The notes: generated from the letters alone by a model not told the origin. DNA of 62,298 nt from Thalia democratica (GCA_965202585.1 CBDBBG010000333.1:1-62298), one strand, 5' to 3'. Positions 1 to 11,296 are shown, counted from the first letter of the stretch. A program made the numbers and translations.

Positions 1-1942
1 TATCTAGCTAGAGTTCCCTTCTTAACAGTTGCATAAAAAAAGTATAGTAGAGAAATTTGGCAAGCTAGGTATTTAATAAATAATGGGCTTTATAATTTGG
101 AAGGAAATATGTTTTTGATTCTTTATCACCACAAAGTTGATTAAGTATGTTTATTTGTGTTGTTGAGTTTAGTAGTCATTAGTAGCTTGTGTAATTAATT
201 GGTGATCCACCTAATCTTTAGATTTAAAAAGTACATAGCTTAAAACAAACAAGTATCGTCGTTTTGAGTTGTCTCATACATAGTTTAAAAAAGAGTTACA
301 AAAAATTGTAACAAGCTGTTCTTTTTTACCGTGGAATCATTTTGTAATTTGTCATAGCCACAGAAAAAATGAGTTCAACAAAACAAGTATGAGCTTTGTA
401 AGCAGAAAGATTATTTCAATTGTATGTTTGTTTTAAACAATCACTGTTGTCTACATTAGTTTGACTGTTCAACTTTTAAACAGTTTTTTATTGTTTCATT
501 TGCATTCTGATAAATAAAACTAATACTTATTTGACAATCAGACCTTAAACAAATATCATTGAGCATTTTTAGTATCAACGCAAAGTAAATTTTTCTTCTC
601 ATTTAATATAATGTCTTATTTAAGCATAAATTTTTAGTTAGTGACAGATTGATTTTTTTATTAAACTAACAACAAATATGTATTGAGTGTTTGAAAAACA
701 AGTTTACAAAGTAAAATGAACTAGAATAAGTTTTGTTTAAACAATAAGTTAAACAAGAAAATTCCCATTAAAAAACATTTTTACCTAACATTTAAATACT
801 AGTGAAGCAGAAAAACTTATTCTACATTATCAAAAGTAGTTTAAAATGTCAAGTAGAACTACAAAAACTGAAGTAAGTGTAACTAACTAGTAGAAATAAA
901 AACAGAGAAATTCAGTTTTAGAAAGTTTATTTAGAAGTTATTGAAATACACTAACTGTTACTTTTTACCAACACGCACAATGTAGATATAAATTTGTACA
1001 TTTTTTGTCGCTTAGTTTAAGCTTGTTTGACACTGTTTACTCGACATTAGTAGCTGCTTAAATCAACTGGTGGTCCTGATTACTTTAGATATGTAGAAAC
1101 ATAACTTTCAACAAACTACTAGAGTTGTTAAAGGTCAGTAAGTTGTCTCATATCTAGTTAAAACAAGTACCTTTTACTTTGAAAACTAGAATAATAAATT
1201 ACTTAAAAAAGTACAAGCAGCTACTTTTTTGTGTTTTACCAAGTTTCAACCAATGAGCTGGTTTGTTTTGTGTGTTTATGTTTTGAATTGAAAATGTTTC
1301 TTGAATATGCTAAACAGAAGTTAGCTTTGAAAGAAGGAATATGTTGTTTTACTTGAAAACACATCTGTAATTTTTTGTTTTGAACAACCATTTTTGTATT
1401 CATTTATGTATTCGTAACTTTTTAAAACGTGTTACATGGCTTCAATTGCAGTTAAGTTGATAAGAAGAACTCGTTTAAAAAGTTAAAGCTCGGTTGTGTT
1501 ACTAATAATCAACAACAACTTAAAATAAAGTTACAACTAAGTTTTTGCATGTTATAAGTGATATACATTTTTGTTTAAGAAGATGATACTTTTTTGTAAG
1601 CACTTATTTATTGAATGTTTCAACAGAACTTCAGCAAATGAATAAAAACAAGTGTTTTGTACAAAAAGTATTCAGATGAAAAATCTTACGGACAACAAAA
1701 TCAAGTTAGTTAAACATCTTTTACAAACCATTTGATTACAAGCACTACTACTGTTTTTAGACTAATGCAATGCTTTTTCTACAATATAACGAGTTACAAG
1801 TTTATAAAGTATTTGAAACAAAAAAAAAGTGTGTTCATTCAAGTATATGAGTTTTTAATTTACACAAATAAGAATTTATTTGTACTAAGCTTATATTCTT
1901 GTACTTTAAGTAAACATGAACAGCTGGTTCTATTCAAATGGT

Positions 1943-1958
1943 GGTCCTAAAAAGGACC
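1943..1958 (-). terminator. Histone 3' stem-loop of H2B (GGTCCT-TTTT-AGGACC-ACC); recurs in every unit
   Basis: 6-bp stem and 4-nt loop 13 nt past the stop codon; fits the SLBP-bound histone mRNA 3'-end consensus. Confidence 0.95.
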
Positions 1959-1971
1959 GGTTGTTTAGCGT

Positions 1972-2331
1972 TTATTTTGAGCTGGTGTATTTGGTAACAG
2001 CTTTAGTTCCTTCTGAAACTGCGTGCTTTGACAACTCGCCGGGGAGCAAGAGCCTGACAGCAGTTTGAATTTCGCGGCTGCTAACAGTTGACCTCTTGTT
2101 GTAATGAGCCAAACGTGAAGCCTCTGCTGCAATGCGCTCGAAGATGTCGTTGACAAATGAGTTCATGATTCCCATTGCCTTGCTGGAAATTCCGGTGTCG
2201 GGGTGCACTTGCTTCAAAACTTTGTACACGTAGATGCCAAAGCTTTCTTTGTTTCTCCTCCTTCGCTTCTTCTTGCCGTCGACCGGAGCGGTCTTGGCTA
2301 CTGACTTCTTCGCGCCTTTGGTTGCTGTCAT
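1972..2331 (-). CDS. H2B: Histone H2B (119 aa, MTATKGAKK...TKYTSSK), unit 1
   Basis: H2B fold motifs [23 protein letters not shown] and [15 protein letters not shown]; start placed at the ATG at 2329-2331, just downstream of the TATA box at 2363-2369. Confidence 0.96.
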   Translation of the reverse strand: MTATKGAKKSVAKTAPVDGKKKRRRRNKESFGIYVYKVLKQVHPDTGISSKAMGIMNSFVNDIFERIAAEASRLAHYNKRSTVSSREIQTAVRLLLPGELSKHAVSEGTKAVTKYTSSK

Positions 2332-2362
2332 GATGATGTGTGGACTTCTGTCTCGGCGCCGG

Positions 2363-2369
2363 TTTATAT
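2363..2369 (-). promoter_or_regulatory. TATA box of H2B (ATATAAA)
   Basis: ~32 nt upstream of the ATG at 2331. Confidence 0.8.
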
Positions 2370-2379
2370 CCTGAAAAAT

Positions 2380-2391
2380 TATGCAAATTAG
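2380..2391. promoter_or_regulatory. Octamer-containing 12-mer, H2B promoter (TATGCAAATTAG on plus; opposite orientation to the other three)
   Basis: Exact reverse complement of CTAATTTGCATA; contains the POU octamer ATGCAAAT. Confidence 0.8.
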
Positions 2392-2464
2392 CATAGTTCC
2401 GTACGCGAACGATAGCTGGTTTCTCTCACTTCACAATTCTCTCGTTTGTTGTAAATATTTTGGT

Positions 2465-2480
2465 GGTCCTGAAAAGGACC
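2465..2480 (-). terminator. Histone 3' stem-loop of H2A (GGTCCT-TTTC-AGGACC-ACC)
   Basis: Consensus stem-loop 14 nt past the stop codon. Confidence 0.95.
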
Positions 2481-2494
2481 TGGTTTTTTTTAAC

Positions 2495-2875
2495 TTAGGC
2501 TGACTTTTTTGAAGCGGTCTTCTTAGGCAATAGTACTGCCTGGATGTTTGGAAGAACACCACCTTGAGCAATTGTGACGCCTCCGAGAAGTTTGTTCAAC
2601 TCTTCGTCGTTGCGAATAGCTAGTTGCAAATGGCGAGGAATGATCCTGCTTTTCTTGTTGTCACGAGCAGCGTTACCGGCAAGCTCGAGCACTTCTGCGC
2701 TCAAGTACTCGAGAACGGCAGCCAGATAAACTGGAGCACCAGCTCCGACTCTTTGGCTGTAGTTGCCGGTGCGCAACAGGCGGTGCACGCGACCGACTGG
2801 AAACTGCAGTCCTGCACGGGAAGACCTGCTCTTCGGCTTAGATTTGAGTTTTGATCCTTTACCACGTCCTGACAT
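2495..2875 (-). CDS. H2A: Histone H2A (126 aa, MSGRGKG...KKTASKKSA), unit 1
   Basis: [29 protein letters not shown] and [13 protein letters not shown] motifs; start at the conserved MSGRGK; no C-terminal SQ motif. Confidence 0.97.
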   Translation of the reverse strand: MSGRGKGSKLKSKPKSRSSRAGLQFPVGRVHRLLRTGNYSQRVGAGAPVYLAAVLEYLSAEVLELAGNAARDNKKSRIIPRHLQLAIRNDEELNKLLGGVTIAQGGVLPNIQAVLLPKKTASKKSA

Positions 2876-2914
2876 TTTGTTGTTCGAATGATTGTGATGA
2901 TAGCTTGCACAGCT

Positions 2915-2921
2915 CAATATA
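2915..2921 (-). promoter_or_regulatory. Non-canonical TATA-like element of H2A (TATATTG)
   Basis: ~40 nt upstream of the ATG; a TCATTCG cap-site-like motif lies at 2885-2891. Confidence 0.5.
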
Positions 2922-2952
2922 CAACTCATACCTAACCGCGTCGAACAAAAAA

Positions 2953-2964
2953 CTAATTTGCATA
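2953..2964. promoter_or_regulatory. Octamer-containing 12-mer CTAATTTGCATA, H2A promoter
   Basis: Exact match shared by all four core-histone promoters. Confidence 0.8.
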
Positions 2965-3024
2965 TGTCATAGCTAATGCTTAATCTTGTCAAAAGTGTTG
3001 TAAAACTTTTATATTGAATTAGGT

Positions 3025-3040
3025 GGTCCTAAAAAGGACC
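3025..3040 (-). terminator. Histone 3' stem-loop of H4 (GGTCCT-TTTT-AGGACC-ACC)
   Basis: Consensus stem-loop 17 nt past the stop codon. Confidence 0.95.
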
Positions 3041-3057
3041 GGGTTTGCTAAAAGCGA

Positions 3058-3412
<355 letters not shown>

Positions 3413-3445
3413 CAAGCTGTTACGGACGCGTACGGTAACTACTAA

Positions 3446-3457
3446 CTAATTTGCATA
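3446..3457. promoter_or_regulatory. Octamer-containing 12-mer CTAATTTGCATA, H4 promoter
   Basis: Exact shared match. Confidence 0.8.
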
Positions 3458-3518
3458 CTCAAAAAAGTCTCTTAACTTACGTTCGGTTAAGTTTTTCTCA
3501 CTGTCAAGGTTTTAAGGT

Positions 3519-3534
3519 GGCCCTGAAAAGGACC
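3519..3534 (-). terminator. Histone 3' stem-loop of H3 (GGTCCT-TTTC-AGGGCC-ACC, one U-G wobble)
   Basis: Consensus stem-loop 15 nt past the stop codon. Confidence 0.95.
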
Positions 3535-3549
3535 GGTTTTAGCTAACGC

Positions 3550-4041
<492 letters not shown>

Positions 4042-4053
4042 CTAATTTGCATA
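4042..4053. promoter_or_regulatory. Octamer-containing 12-mer CTAATTTGCATA, H3 promoter
   Basis: Exact shared match. Confidence 0.8.
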
Positions 4054-4108
4054 TTTTCAACTTAGCATTGTTTTATGCATTTTGAGTTACGTTATATTTT
4101 GTTTGAGT

Positions 4109-4124
4109 GGTCCTGAAAAGGACC
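4109..4124 (-). terminator. Histone 3' stem-loop of H1 (GGTCCT-TTTC-AGGACC-ACT)
   Basis: Consensus stem-loop 17 nt past the stop codon, marking H1 as replication-dependent type. Confidence 0.95.
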
Positions 4125-4141
4125 TTGGGTAAAAGAACAAC

Positions 4142-4696
4142 TTATTTTTTACAGCTCTTCTTCTTGGATGCTTTTTTGGCTGCCGGCTTCTTCTTGGTTA
4201 CTTTCTTCTTCTTGCTTGCAGCTTTTTTAGATGCTGCCTTCTTAGGAGCGCACTTTTTAGCAGGTCGCTTTTTGGCTGCTGGTTTTTTTGCAGCCTTCTT
4301 GGGAGCACACTTCTTTTTTGGTTTTTTAGCTGGGGCCTTCTTTGCTGCTGGCTTTTTAGCTACTTTCTTTGTCCTCTTCTTGGGCCCAGCAGCTGGCATT
4401 GGAGCAAGCTTGAACGAGCCAGAAGCGCCTTTTCCAGTTGTCTGGAGAAAAGCACCTTTGGTCACGCCGCTGGTAAGTGCTCTCTTCAAGTGAGAATTGG
4501 AAGCTGTGAGGTCAAGCTTGTAGGTGTCCGCGATATACTTTTGTATCTTCTGGCGGGATGTACCTTTTCGTTCCTTCATTGCTCCAAGGGCAGAGCTAAT
4601 CATTTCCCTGTAAGTAGGGTGCTCTGCCTTCTTGGCGCTTGGTCTCTTGGAAGACCTGGCTGGCGCTGGTACTGCTGCTACTGCTGTGGTAGACAT
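4142..4696 (-). CDS. H1: Linker histone H1 (184 aa), unit 1
   Basis: Globular-domain motifs HPTYREMI, GTSRQKIQKYI and GKGASGSFKL; Lys/Ala/Pro-rich C-terminal tail; followed by a histone stem-loop. Confidence 0.95.
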   Translation of the reverse strand: MSTTAVAAVPAPARSSKRPSAKKAEHPTYREMISSALGAMKERKGTSRQKIQKYIADTYKLDLTASNSHLKRALTSGVTKGAFLQTTGKGASGSFKLAPMPAAGPKKRTKKVAKKPAAKKAPAKKPKKKCAPKKAAKKPAAKKRPAKKCAPKKAASKKAASKKKKVTKKKPAAKKASKKKSCKK

Positions 4697-6529
4697 GATG
4701 AATGAATATTAAAGCGACCAAAACGATACTTGCAAGAGTTACTGACTGTGACGAATTGACTGTTGAGCAGTTATGCTTTGCAAGGTACCTTTTACTTCTT
4801 AATATAAGCATTAGCATGTTTGTTTAAGACATATATGCTTATAAAAACTTAGTTGTCTTATTAAGAATGTTGAAAAAGTTCCAGTAAGAAAGAAACCATA
4901 TTTAACTTGTTCTAAAAGTAATTTTTTTAAAGCATTAGTTTGAAAAGTCCAGAAATAACAGCCTGTATCTTACAGCACACCTCTAAATACATTAAGAAAA
5001 ACATAAATGAAACAAAACATGTTAACACACTCCCGACTGAGTTTTCCTTTGCCGCTCACCTAAAGTAATAAAGTTTTAACAAAGCACAAGGTTTTTTTTT
5101 ACCTTAAACAAAATTTCATTATATCGATTTCATGGAGTTTTGTTAATCGTAAGTTCTATCAAGTATGTTCAAGTTAATTACAGTTTAAACTAATGTGTAA
5201 AAAGTAATTCCAAAAGAATAAAAGTGTTCATTTTTTTTAGCTTTACTGCTTATGATTACTCATAAGCAATGTACTCAAAACTTTTATTAAACAGACAACT
5301 AGATAGCTTTGTTGTTGCACATACTAGTAACTTACCTTACAACAATGTTTTCCAAACAACCTTTCAAAAACGTGCTGTACAGTAACTATGATGATACTTG
5401 TTTAAAGTTGTAAACTACATTTAAACACAAACTTTATTTTTCAGTGTGTATGAAAAACTAGTTTAAAAGATAAGTAGTTTAACATTCAATTAGTGTTTCA
5501 AACAACTGATTGAAGCTGTTATACAGTTTAAAAAATAACTGATGCAATTTTGCTCGTTAAACTTAAACCTTGATCAAACTAAGAACTTTAACTTTGCAGA
5601 TTTCAACCGAATAAAGTGTGCTGATAAAAGTGAACAAATGGATTTGGTTGTAAATTTTCCAAACAAAATAAAGTTAATTAAATTCAAAGAAGTAAATAAG
5701 TCGAAAAAGCTTATGAACACTAGCACTAAATTTGAACTTAAACAAAAGCTGATACCTTTTGGATGAAAAATTTTACGTAAAAAAAGAGGTTGGTTTATTT
5801 TTTAAGCAGCATTATATACAAAATAAAATCGAGTAAGAAAATCTAAATGAAAAAGTTTAGAAATAAGATTGACAAACTTAGTGTTTGAATAAAGCTTTGT
5901 TTACAATCAGCACTCATAACCTTTCAATCTATCTTTGAAACTTTTTAACTGGAAAATAATGCAAGTAAGTTTTTTTTTCAAACTTTGTTTTGTCACTTCT
6001 CATAAAGTTTTAAAGTCAGTCGAAACAACATAGAACAACTTACTACTTTCTTGAAACATATTTTGAAACAACAACAGTACTGTCTTTTAAAGTTTACGAT
6101 TGAAGTGCTTACCAAGTTAAACATGTGTTTTAACTGCTTTACTGCTAATAGTGATTTCTTAGTTTACTCAACCTAGATTAATCATAATGTTCTGTACCAT
6201 TGATTTCATTGACTAAATGTTTGCTTTTCAAAATTCGTAACTAGTTATCTCTAGCTTACTGTTAATGTAGTTAAAAACACAGCTTAGGATAAGTTACATT
6301 TTATTCTCGGATGTCGTTAAGAACATAGCTGTTGTAGCAATAACATATAAACTTGAAACAAAGTAACTGTTATCTTATTCAATTATAGACCATATAAAAC
6401 AAAGTATTTGCTTGATTCAAAGTTTTACATTGTTGTTTGCCTATTATGGAACTTGTACCATCACATAATAAGCTGTAAAAAAATGAAGGCTAAAAAAAGT
6501 TTTGGTTTCGCTTTGTCCAGTTTTTTCTT

Positions 6530-9203
6530 CTTCTTTAGATTTATAAAAACTACACAGCTTAAAGCAACAAGTTACAGTAATTTCAGTTTACTTATGTATA
6601 GCGTACATAAGGCTAACAAACAAGTGGTAACAAGTTTTTTGCTTCTTTTCTTTGTACCATGTTTTAGCTAATCAATTGGTTTATTTCATATGCTTGACAA
6701 GATTAGAAAGCTTAAATCAAGTAAGTAGATGTAAGCTTTGTAAAATAAAAGATTTGTTTATACAAGTTCATCATTTTATTAAGGTATTTTGTTTTGTAAA
6801 TTGTGTACTTGTTAATAGTGTTCTCTTTCTTTTGAACAATCGATGTTGTTTACATTTATGTGTTACACCAGTTTTGAATTGTTAAGCATGTTTCAGTTGT
6901 AGTTTAATTGTAATTGAACAGCATTTTTTAAGGACACTAAACATTGTTTGTTATTAACAGTTTAAAACGTTTTCAGTTAATAAGTCAAAGTTTTATTTTT
7001 ATTTCTGTTTAAGCGTACTATTTTCATTGAAAAATACAAATAGTTTTTACAGTGACGTAGGCACAGTATTTTTTTAATAAACTAAAAAACAAATGAAATA
7101 TTGAATTAAAAAATGTCCACAAAGTTAATGAGAATAAGTTTTATTTGGAAAAGAAAGTTAAAAGGAAAAAAGCCACGAAAAAGACACTCAAGTTAGTTAA
7201 AGCTTTTCACTAAGCATTCGATAATAGTAAGCAATAAAGTAAGGATTAGAGCAGTTATCTAGCTAGAGTTCCCTTCTTAACAGTTGCATAAAAAAAGTAT
7301 AGTAGAGAAATTTGGCAAGCTAGGTATTTAATAAATAATGGGCTTTATAATTTGGAAGGAAATATGTTTTTGATTCTTTATCACCACAAAGTTGATTAAG
7401 TATGTTTATTTGTGTTGTTGAGTTTAGTAGTCATTAGTAGCTTGTGTAATTAATTGGTGATCCACCTAATCTTTAGATTTAAAAAGTACATAGCTTAAAA
7501 CAAACAAGTATCGTCGTTTTGAGTTGTCTCATACATAGTTTAAAAAAGAGTTACAAAAAATTGTAACAAGCTGTTCTTTTTTACCGTGGAATCATTTTGT
7601 AATTTGTCATAGCCACAGAAAAAATGAGTTCAACAAAACAAGTATGAGCTTTGTAAGCAGAAAGATTATTTCAATTGTATGTTTGTTTTAAACAATCACT
7701 GTTGTCTACATTAGTTTGACTGTTCAACTTTTAAACAGTTTTTTATTGTTTCATTTGCATTCTGATAAATAAAACTAATACTTATTTGACAATCAGACCT
7801 TAAACAAATATCATTGAGCATTTTTAGTATCAACGCAAAGTAAATTTTTCTTCTCATTTAATATAATGTCTTATTTAAGCATAAATTTTTAGTTAGTGAC
7901 AGATTGATTTTTTTATTAAACTAACAACAAATATGTATTGAGTGTTTGAAAAACAAGTTTACAAAGTAAAATGAACTAGAATAAGTTTTGTTTAAACAAT
8001 AAGTTAAACAAGAAAATTCCCATTAAAAAACATTTTTACCTAACATTTAAATACTAGTGAAGCAGAAAAACTTATTCTACATTATCAAAAGTAGTTTAAA
8101 ATGTCAAGTAGAACTACAAAAACTGAAGTAAGTGTAACTAACTAGTAGAAATAAAAACAGAGAAATTCAGTTTTAGAAAGTTTATTTAGAAGTTATTGAA
8201 ATACACTAACTGTTACTTTTTACCAACACGCACAATGTAGATATAAATTTGTACATTTTTTGTCGCTTAGTTTAAGCTTGTTTGACACTGTTTACTCGAC
8301 ATTAGTAGCTGCTTAAATCAACTGGTGGTCCTGATTACTTTAGATATGTAGAAACATAACTTTCAACAAACTACTAGAGTTGTTAAAGGTCAGTAAGTTG
8401 TCTCATATCTAGTTAAAACAAGTACCTTTTACTTTGAAAACTAGAATAATAAATTACTTAAAAAAGTACAAGCAGCTACTTTTTTGTGTTTTACCAAGTT
8501 TCAACCAATGAGCTGGTTTGTTTTGTGTGTTTATGTTTTGAATTGAAAATGTTTCTTGAATATGCTAAACAGAAGTTAGCTTTGAAAGAAGGAATATGTT
8601 GTTTTACTTGAAAACACATCTGTAATTTTTTGTTTTGAACAACCATTTTTGTATTCATTTATGTATTCGTAACTTTTTAAAACGTGTTACATGGCTTCAA
8701 TTGCAGTTAAGTTGATAAGAAGAACTCGTTTAAAAAGTTAAAGCTCGGTTGTGTTACTAATAATCAACAACAACTTAAAATAAAGTTACAACTAAGTTTT
8801 TGCATGTTATAAGTGATATACATTTTTGTTTAAGAAGATGATACTTTTTTGTAAGCACTTATTTATTGAATGTTTCAACAGAACTTCAGCAAATGAATAA
8901 AAACAAGTGTTTTGTACAAAAAGTATTCAGATGAAAAATCTTACGGACAACAAAATCAAGTTAGTTAAACATCTTTTACAAACCATTTGATTACAAGCAC
9001 TACTACTGTTTTTAGACTAATGCAATGCTTTTTCTACAATATAACGAGTTACAAGTTTATAAAGTATTTGAAACAAAAAAAAAGTGTGTTCATTCAAGTA
9101 TATGAGTTTTTAATTTACACAAATAAGAATTTATTTGTACTAAGCTTATATTCTTGTACTTTAAGTAAACATGAACAGCTGGTTCTATTCAAATGGTGGT
9201 CCT
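6530..9203. repeat. Three diverged ~0.87-0.94-kb tandem sub-repeats in the spacer (D1 ~6530-7463, D2 ~7464-8334, D3 ~8335-9203); present in every unit
   Basis: Collinear shared blocks: CTTTAGAT at 6533/7471/8338; 22/26 match of 6831-6856 vs 7687-7712; TCAAGTTAGTTAAA at 7188 and 8956; TGGTG(A/G)TCC at 7455/8323/9194. Confidence 0.85.
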
Positions 9204-9226
9204 AAAAAGGACCGGTTGTTTAGCGT

Positions 9227-9586
9227 TTATTTTGAGCTGGTGTATTTGGTAACAGCTTTAGTTCCTTCTGAAACTGCGTGCTTTGACAACTCGCCGGGGA
9301 GCAAGAGCCTGACAGCAGTTTGAATTTCGCGGCTGCTAACAGTTGACCTCTTGTTGTAATGAGCCAAACGTGAAGCCTCTGCTGCAATGCGCTCGAAGAT
9401 GTCGTTGACAAATGAGTTCATGATTCCCATTGCCTTGCTGGAAATTCCGGTGTCGGGGTGCACTTGCTTCAAAACTTTGTACACGTAGATGCCAAAGCTT
9501 TCTTTGTTTCTCCTCCTTCGCTTCTTCTTGCCGTCGACCGGAGCGGTCTTGGCTACTGACTTCTTCGCGCCTTTGGTTGCTGTCAT
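9227..9586 (-). CDS. H2B: Histone H2B, unit 2
   Basis: Same translation as unit 1. Confidence 0.96.
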   Translation of the reverse strand: MTATKGAKKSVAKTAPVDGKKKRRRRNKESFGIYVYKVLKQVHPDTGISSKAMGIMNSFVNDIFERIAAEASRLAHYNKRSTVSSREIQTAVRLLLPGELSKHAVSEGTKAVTKYTSSK

Positions 9587-9749
9587 GATGATGTGTGGAC
9601 TTCTGTCTCGGCGCCGGTTTATATCCTGAAAAATTATGCAAATTAGCATAGTTCCGTACGCGAACGATAGCTGGTTTCTCTCACTTCACAATTCTCTCGT
9701 TTGTTGTAAATATTTTGGTGGTCCTGAAAAGGACCTGGTTTTTTTTAAC

Positions 9750-10130
9750 TTAGGCTGACTTTTTTGAAGCGGTCTTCTTAGGCAATAGTACTGCCTGGAT
9801 GTTTGGAAGAACACCACCTTGAGCAATTGTGACGCCTCCGAGAAGTTTGTTCAACTCTTCGTCGTTGCGAATAGCTAGTTGCAAATGGCGAGGAATGATC
9901 CTGCTTTTCTTGTTGTCACGAGCAGCGTTACCGGCAAGCTCGAGCACTTCTGCGCTCAAGTACTCGAGAACGGCAGCCAGATAAACTGGAGCACCAGCTC
10001 CGACTCTTTGGCTGTAGTTGCCGGTGCGCAACAGGCGGTGCACGCGACCGACTGGAAACTGCAGTCCTGCACGGGAAGACCTGCTCTTCGGCTTAGATTT
10101 GAGTTTTGATCCTTTACCACGTCCTGACAT
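9750..10130 (-). CDS. H2A: Histone H2A, unit 2
   Basis: Same translation as unit 1. Confidence 0.97.
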   Translation of the reverse strand: MSGRGKGSKLKSKPKSRSSRAGLQFPVGRVHRLLRTGNYSQRVGAGAPVYLAAVLEYLSAEVLELAGNAARDNKKSRIIPRHLQLAIRNDEELNKLLGGVTIAQGGVLPNIQAVLLPKKTASKKSA

Positions 10131-10312
10131 TTTGTTGTTCGAATGATTGTGATGATAGCTTGCACAGCTCAATATACAACTCATACCTAACCGCGTCGAA
10201 CAAAAAACTAATTTGCATATGTCATAGCTAATGCTTAATCTTGTCAAAAGTGTTGTAAAACTTTTATATTGAATTAGGTGGTCCTAAAAAGGACCGGGTT
10301 TGCTAAAAGCGA

Positions 10313-10660
<348 letters not shown>

Positions 10661-10804
10661 TTATATACAAGCTGTTACGGACGCGTACGGTAACTACTAA
10701 CTAATTTGCATACTCAAAAAAGTCTCTTAACTTACGTTCGGTTAAGTTTTTCTCACTGTCAAGGTTTTAAGGTGGCCCTGAAAAGGACCGGTTTTAGCTA
10801 ACGC

Positions 10805-11296
<492 letters not shown>

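Noticed and set aside
1875-1880. AATAAA (minus strand) ~60 nt past the H2B stem-loop, and another overlapping the H2B stop
   Set aside because: The hexamer is common in AT-rich DNA and is not found consistently after the other genes; poly(A) 3'-seq would be needed
2371-2378. TTTTTCAG acceptor-like sequence upstream of H2B, suggesting operon/trans-splicing
   Set aside because: It lies upstream of the TATA box, the other genes lack it, and each core gene has its own promoter elements
2332-2394. N-terminal extensions of H2B (MLICIIF...) and H2A (2876-2992), and the ORF starting at 4817
   Set aside because: The upstream start codons lie at or beyond the TATA/octamer elements (the H2B ATG is in ATGCTAAT, overlapping the promoter 12-mer), so they are upstream of the likely TSS
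4107-4493. 128-aa hydrophobic plus-strand ORF (FLAAGFF repeats) and the other short ORFs overlapping histone genes
   Set aside because: Shadow ORFs: antisense or alternative frames of Lys/Ala-rich histone codons, with no promoter or 3' signal of their own
5247-5268. Perfect 9-bp inverted repeat TGCTTATGA-TTAC-TCATAAGCA
   Set aside because: A rough estimate gives about one such hairpin by chance in 4.5 kb of this AT-rich DNA; no other support
5542-6885. Short spacer ORFs (74, 87 and 77 aa) and 1732-1950
   Set aside because: AT-rich composition, non-ATG starts in several, no recognisable domain; they sit within decayed sub-repeats whose other copies do not keep the frame. A BLASTp hit would overturn this
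4820-9190. 5S rRNA, tRNA or snRNA genes, which are linked to histone repeats in some invertebrates
   Set aside because: No GC-rich segment of suitable length, no Pol III A/B boxes and no recognisable 5S/U1/U2 sequence seen; an Infernal/Rfam scan would be decisive
4820-9190. Transposon or MITE insertion in the spacer
   Set aside because: No terminal inverted repeats, target-site duplication, poly(A) tail or transposase/RT fragments recognised; similarity within the spacer is direct and tandem
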